Positions 57,240 to 64,000 of a stretch of 64,000 bases of DNA are shown here, in pieces. Under the pieces are notes generated by a model, which saw only the letters and a list, made by a program, of their open reading frames with translations, was not told the DNA's origin and did no database searches. The stretch comes from the human T2T-CHM13v2.0 reference genome, Homo sapiens: contig CP086569.2 in the NCBI GenBank assembly GCA_009914755.4, forward strand, positions 15,904,001 through 15,968,000. The letters run 5' to 3'. Made by a program: the position numbers and the translations under genes. Position 1 is the first letter of the stretch. The number at the start of each line of letters is the position of its first letter.

Positions 57240-57648
57240 AACATTTTTATAGATTTAAAGGGTAGAAGTGCAGTTTTGTTGCATGGATATATTGTGTAGT
57301 GGTGAAGTCTGGGCTTTTAGCATAACCATCACCCAAATAGTGTACATTGTGTTCACTAAGTAATTTCTTATCCCATACCCTTTTCTCATCCTCCCACCCT
57401 TTGAAGGCCCCAGTGTCCATTACTTCGTTCTTTCTGTCCATCATTTTGCTCCCATTAGTAAGTTAGGACATAGTACTTGACTTTTTGTTTCTGAATTGTT
57501 TCACTTAAGATAATGGCCTCCAATTCCATGTGTGTTTTTGTAAAAGAGAAGATTACCTTCTTTTTAAGGCTGTATAGTACTCCACTGTGTATATGTACAA
57601 TATTTTCTTTATCCAAGCATCACTTGATGAACACTTAGGTTGATCATC
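57240..57648 (-). mobile_element. ancient L1 (L1M/L1PB-type) 3'-end fragment, reverse orientation
   Basis: ...ggtagaagtgcagttttgttgcatggatatattgtgtagtggtgaagtctgggcttttagcataaccatcacccaaatagtgtacattgtgttcactaag...gataatggcctccaattccatgtgtgtttttgtaaaagagaagattaccttctttttaaggctgtatagtactccactgtgtatatgtacaatattttctttatccaagcatcacttgatgaacacttaggttgatc. Confidence 0.6.
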
Positions 57649-58410
57649 TTCGCTGCTGTGAAGAGTGAGAAGGTACACTTTTGAATAATTTGTTCTGGAG
57701 GTAAATATATGGATGAAAAGAACATGAGTGACTTGGTAGTAGTATTACATCATGAGGAATTTCCTTGGAGATTATTGGATATTCTAAAACATGCAATGGC
57801 TATGCAGTCTTTTGAATCATTCTGACCTCAGGAATTTTAACACAAAAATACATGTCCTTTTATTATTGTGGGGTCTTTAGAAGTTATTAGAAAATAGATC
57901 TTGTTCAACTGTTTCCACAGTATGTTGTAAAACTGTCTGTAAATTGAGTTTCTTGCTTTGTGACATTCTTTAATTTTACATCTAGCAAAGTATGCTTTGG
58001 CAAATAGAGAAAACATAAAGTCCTCATTAACAATCACTTTTTTAAATGAGGGTTAACCATTGACAATATTATTAATATCTAAATGTAAAATATTCATTTT
58101 AGAAGACTGCCCATATAATTGTGAGCTTTCTTTCTCTCCAATGTATATGTGTGTGTTTCCTGACTTTAGATAAATGGGTTTTCTATGAGAAACAGAGGTG
58201 ATTACTTCTCAAATCTTACCTAATCTGAACAGTGTTCTGCAGAATGAGAAACACCAAATTATTGCTTTAAACAACCAACTCTTCCCTCAGTGTGTTCATT
58301 TTATTTATTTACACATTGCATATTTGTTTCAAGTGAAAATGAAAGTGGACTATATCAGAAAGCACACAAGGGGAATGCTTCTCTACCCTGTGCATTAAAA
58401 ATCATTCCTG

Positions 58411-58727
<317 letters not shown>

Positions 58728-60320
58728 GTATTTCCCATGCTTTCCACGTAGACAAATCCATTAGTTTAGTTTCATTTAAGTGTGCTGAAGAGAAGGTGAT
58801 ACTCATTCATCTTGAATCTGATACTGAGAACAAAATGAGTTCAGGGATTAAATTAGAGTAGGCCTTTTTAGTCATTGTAAATCATCTCCATGCAGGGTGG
58901 TGGCTAGGACCTGTTGCATCTCTTATTATTTTTTTCTCTTTAGGAAAATTTAAGTTAGTATTTTCCTCAGTTCATACTCATCCTAGTAAGCCACCTGCTC
59001 TCAATTGAGACAAACGAAATGAAAAACCTTCAGAAGTCAATTAATGAATAATGTTATTTCCTTTCAATATAGGTTACTAAATCTTAGAAGTTTAGGTTTG
59101 ATAAAACCTGACCCATGCAAAATGCTGCTTCCCTTAGGAAGTTATGTATTATTAGAGTGTTATATAGTTTCCATGGCTTATCCATAAGTCAGGAAAACAG
59201 TAAAGTCCAGAGAATCTTAAATTGGAGGTGTAAATGGTACACTATTATGAAATACTTTTGAGCTATATATTATTTCTAACTACTACTCTTCTTCTTTATA
59301 TCTTTGAAATGTTAAGCTTAAGATACATATCCATCCTAAATCTGTAAATTAAATATAGGCCATGAGATGGATGAAAATTTTGGCATGTTACCAAAATGAG
59401 TCTAATATTTTTGAGATTAAAAAATCTGTAAGAATAATTAAGAAAAAATGTAAGAGAAAGAAGTATATGGAAGAAATCCTGTTCTCTCACATACCAATGT
59501 GTACTCCTTTGCTACCATCATAGAGACAATGGGTACTTGAAAGACAGCAAAATATAGCTTTACAGAACAATATTCAAAAGCTAGAAGCAGGTCATCAGTA
59601 TAAGGCATTGATCACACATGAGAAGATAATCTGAAGTCAGTGAAATAATTCCATAAATGTTGTTTGGATATTTGTTAAACTACGTAGTAGGTGTGGTGAA
59701 GAAAGATTCCCTACTCTCACAAAGAAGATCTAAAACTCCTTACAAAATTTAAAACAACAACAAATTATTAGATGAAAAGAGATGATATTTTCAATGAGTT
59801 GGAAGTGGAATATACTTCCAAAGCTTTACACAATATCCAGAAAATTATGGTACCCTGATATGAGATATCAGAACGATGATGTTGGGGACTATATTCATTG
59901 ACCACATGGAAGTCTCGAAGTTATAAATAAACAAAAATATGAAAATGTTTTCTTATTTCCTTTACTATTGAACACATACAAGGGGCAATGGATTAGTTTC
60001 ACTATTTCTTAAAAATCTTAATATTAAAGATTTTTATTATAATATTTTATCTTAGTATTGAAGAAAAATTAATATTAAGACAATAAGGCCAATAAAATAA
60101 TTTTAAAATGTGAAATAAAGTATTCATATGAAAATAGAAATGGCCAAAGAATATATGATAAATGATTAATTACACTAGCAATCAAATAAAACATAAACAT
60201 AGACATGAAAACATTTTTTAATTTATCATATTGGTAAAATAAAATGTTTAAAATATAAAACCTTGCAGCTAAGCTGGGAAAAGGGCATGCATACTTTGGT
60301 TTTAAGATGACTAAATTCAT

Positions 60321-60634
<314 letters not shown>

Positions 60635-60833
60635 TTAGAACTACCTACAACACATATTATTTTAATATGTTTTATACACATATATTTACAGTATCTTTCA
60701 ATTATTCATATTATTTGTTATATTTGTTGCTTCTTTCCGCATATACTATACTGGATCCTAGAAATGTGTTTCTAGGTTGTCAAATACATGAAACTTTTTT
60801 GTTGATGACCCTTGAATTTTATGTCATGCTTAA

Positions 60834-61155
<322 letters not shown>

Positions 61156-61290
61156 TTTTTTTTTTTCTTCTTATAGAGAGGGTTATCACTGTGTTGCTCA
61201 GGCAGGTCTCAAACTCCTAGTCTCAAGCAATCCTCCTGCCTGGGCCTCCGTAAGTGTTGAAATTACAGGTACAAGTCACAGTGCCCAGCC
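61156..61290 (-). mobile_element. older Alu right-arm fragment (tail plus ~120 bp), reverse orientation
   Basis: tttttttttttcttcttatagagagggttatcactgtgttgctcaggcaggtctcaaactcctagtctcaagcaatcctcctgcctgggcctccgtaagtgttgaaattacaggtacaagtcacagtgcccagcc. Confidence 0.7.
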
Positions 61291-61666
61291 AAGCTGAAAA
61301 AAAATACTTTTAACATGGACAATCCACTGCTAAAAATGGGAGACATAGAAATACAAGGCCACTGCATCATTTCTATAGTATATAGATACAGTCCTGTGCG
61401 TTAAATGGAATCATCATTATTTAGGTAAAAATTAGGAACCTCATTTATCTTAGAATAAATGATCAACTTTCAGCAATGGATGAAAATTTTAATTTCTCCT
61501 AGAAAGGGGAGAGTTACAGCTTAAAACATTTATATTTTATACCCTAAGACTAGTGTCTTAAGCCATAAGAGTGGTTACAACATAAACCATTTGTGTTTGG
61601 ATTTTGCCAAGGATTTTGAATTTACTCAACATTGCTATGTGTTGTTTATCACAATTTCAGTATTAG

Positions 61667-61985
61667 GGGCCATGTGTGGTGGCTCATACCTAGTATGCCA
61701 GCACTTTAGGAGGCTGAGGTGGCTGACCCACTTGAGTCTAGGAGTTTTAGATCAGCATAAATAACAAAGTGAGACCTTATCTCTACCAAAAAAGAAAAAA
61801 AAAAAGCCCGTCATTGTGACACGTGTCTTTGGTCCCAAATACTAGGAGACTGAAGTGGGTAGATTTCCTGAGCCCAGGAAGTCCAGGCTGCAGTGAGCTG
61901 TGATCACACCAGCTAGATAATACACTCCAGCCTAGATGACAGAATGAGAGTCTCCCTCAAATTTCAAAAAAGACAAAATAACAAC
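61667..61985 (+). mobile_element. Alu SINE (old, AluJ-like), forward orientation
   Basis: ggccatgtgtggtggctcatacctagtatgccagcactttaggaggctgaggtggctgacccacttgagtctaggagttttagatcagcataaataacaaagtgagaccttatctctaccaaaaaagaaaaaaaaaaagcc...gtgagctgtgatcacaccagctagataatacactccagcctagatgacagaatgagagtctccctcaaa. Confidence 0.8.
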
Positions 61986-64000
61986 ACCGAAAAAAAGAAA
62001 AAAAACTCTTGGCATTAGTCCTGAAACTGAACAATATATTTAATTCTCAAAATGATTGAGTGTCAATCAGGTATGTGCACCTATATTTCCTCAGAAGCAC
62101 AATTCTATGTTTTCAGCTGTGTGTGTGTGTTTGCATATTTAGATGCTTGCTGGAGTCAGACTATTCTAAACCATACACTTATCTATAGAGGAGTACACTG
62201 CAAATGAGTTTGGTTTCTGAGTCATCTCACTCATTAGTCATGTTTTGTCATTGTAACATCAGATTATTTGTGGCATCTTATGAGAAATAGCCTTCAAGGA
62301 GACAGTTCATGATAGCTTGCTGTTTAAAGTGTTCTTATTTAAATTCCCAAGGATTTCATGAGAACTGAACATAGTGTTTTTCCACTCAATATCAGGAATA
62401 TTCATGCTTATTTTGTGGCAAGCATTGTTTTTTATCTTAAAATGTTTGTGGAAACATATGAATGAAAGACATGTAACCCCAGTTTAGCAACACCTATAAC
62501 ATAACATCATGCTTTGCTTAAGACTTTCGATCAGACATCCTGTCTTCCCTAACCCTTTGACTTTTTGTTCTATTCCACTTTCCTAAGATATATATTCCTT
62601 TATCAAAGAATTTATAGTGCACTATTTTTTCTTGTCTATATTTATGAATGCACAATAAAACAACTTCTTGAAGAAGGGTGTGCACATGGGTGTGTGTGTG
62701 TGCTTGGCTTTTATTTGTCCTTTAAGTGCAGAACAATGGTTTCATTTGACTGTAAAGCTGTATCTCCTTCTTTCTTGGCATGTAAAGATGGCAGGTGGAG
62801 CATTCTTTGCCTGCTACCCTCTCCCAGCCACTCTCATGTTAGTGAAAGAATGGTTTGGGCTATGCCTTCACCATATAATTGAACCCCCATATCTATGATT
62901 GCAAACAACAATGGCAGACACTTGGCAAAGAAAACTTGTATTGTACTGTTCTTCACCCTTGTGTTCTCCTGGAGATGGTAATTAATGTTTCCTGATTTTT
63001 TTAGGAAGCTCTATTATATTTGAGTCATCTAGAAAGACTCTATCTTTAGAAGTCCCTAGCTAAAGTAGAGATTCAGTTGAAATTATTCTGCATTGGGAGG
63101 CAAGAAACTCTTGAGACATATACACCCAACCATTGTCCAGATAGAAGAGAGGATACGGGATGTGTTCAGATAGCCATTGGTCCCAACTGTCCTGTTAACT
63201 ATCTATCTCTGAAGTATGGAAGATAGAGGAAACAGCAGTTTTTAACAATAACAAGGATATTTTGAAACCATTACACCATTCTGAGAAGCAGAGCCTGGGG
63301 AAAGTGTCCTTCCCTTTTTCCTTGGAGGATATCTAACTATTTCTGTCATTTCAGCTGTGGGATAGGCATAAGCATGAATCTGTCGTAGATTCCCAGGCCT
63401 GTGTGGTGGCCTTTGTAAGAGACACAGTGCTCTATACATTACCATTTCTGAGATTACTGTGCACTTGGGAGTGAATGACAGAATCCCAGAAATTTCAATT
63501 TATTTTCTTTGTGATTAAAAACATCTGCAAATGTGCATCAAATTCTTTAAATTGCCATGGGAAAAAATATCACAGGAAATAATTCTCTAATATTATAAAA
63601 AGAGATTAAGTGTTAAATATATAATCCTGCACTAAGAAACAATACTGGATGAAGTAAAATGTCAAATAGTCAGAAAATGATGAAGTTTTAAGTTTAAGCA
63701 AATAGTTGGTGAATGGGATTTAATAAAACATATCTGTTGTTTCAATAATTCTCTGCTTTTGGAGGTGGTCCACACATTCACTCTCCACCATAGATCTGTA
63801 TGAACTTATCATCTGTGACATTTACAAAGTCTCATTTCTGTATTTTGATAAATATCTACTCAAATTGTTATAAGAAAAGTTATATTTACAGATAACTATC
63901 AACAGTGTTGCCTTCCAAACATTGAATTATTATTCCAGGGAAACATTGGCTTTTGAAAATAGAATTTCATAAAATAGACACGTTTCCCCGTCAATATGTA

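Overview
This 64 kb window is primate (human-type) nuclear genomic DNA, not a prokaryotic locus. It is AT-rich, carries about 25 Alu SINEs, several LINE-1 elements, MaLR/ERV-type LTRs, one MIR and many microsatellites, and shows no rRNA, tRNA, CRISPR array, operon structure or convincing host protein-coding exon. All long ORFs in the supplied six-frame track are LINE-1 ORF1/ORF2 remnants or translations of low-complexity tracts. I do not see a novel biological system here. The best-supported structures are two L1 insertions with the inverted-5'-end architecture expected from twin priming (12.9-18.3 kb and 44.0-46.7 kb), the first with a 14-bp target-site duplication. There is also a near-full-length but ORF-disrupted L1PA on the minus strand (50.25-56.31 kb), a near-consensus AluY with a perfect 23-bp target-site duplication and a T36 tail, and an L1 3' end nested inside a MaLR LTR. 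The window further contains a tandem internal duplication inside an MLT1 LTR and three unexplained pairs of direct repeats spaced about 1.1 kb apart. Coordinates are approximate (about +/-10 bp) because they were read by eye from the sequence.
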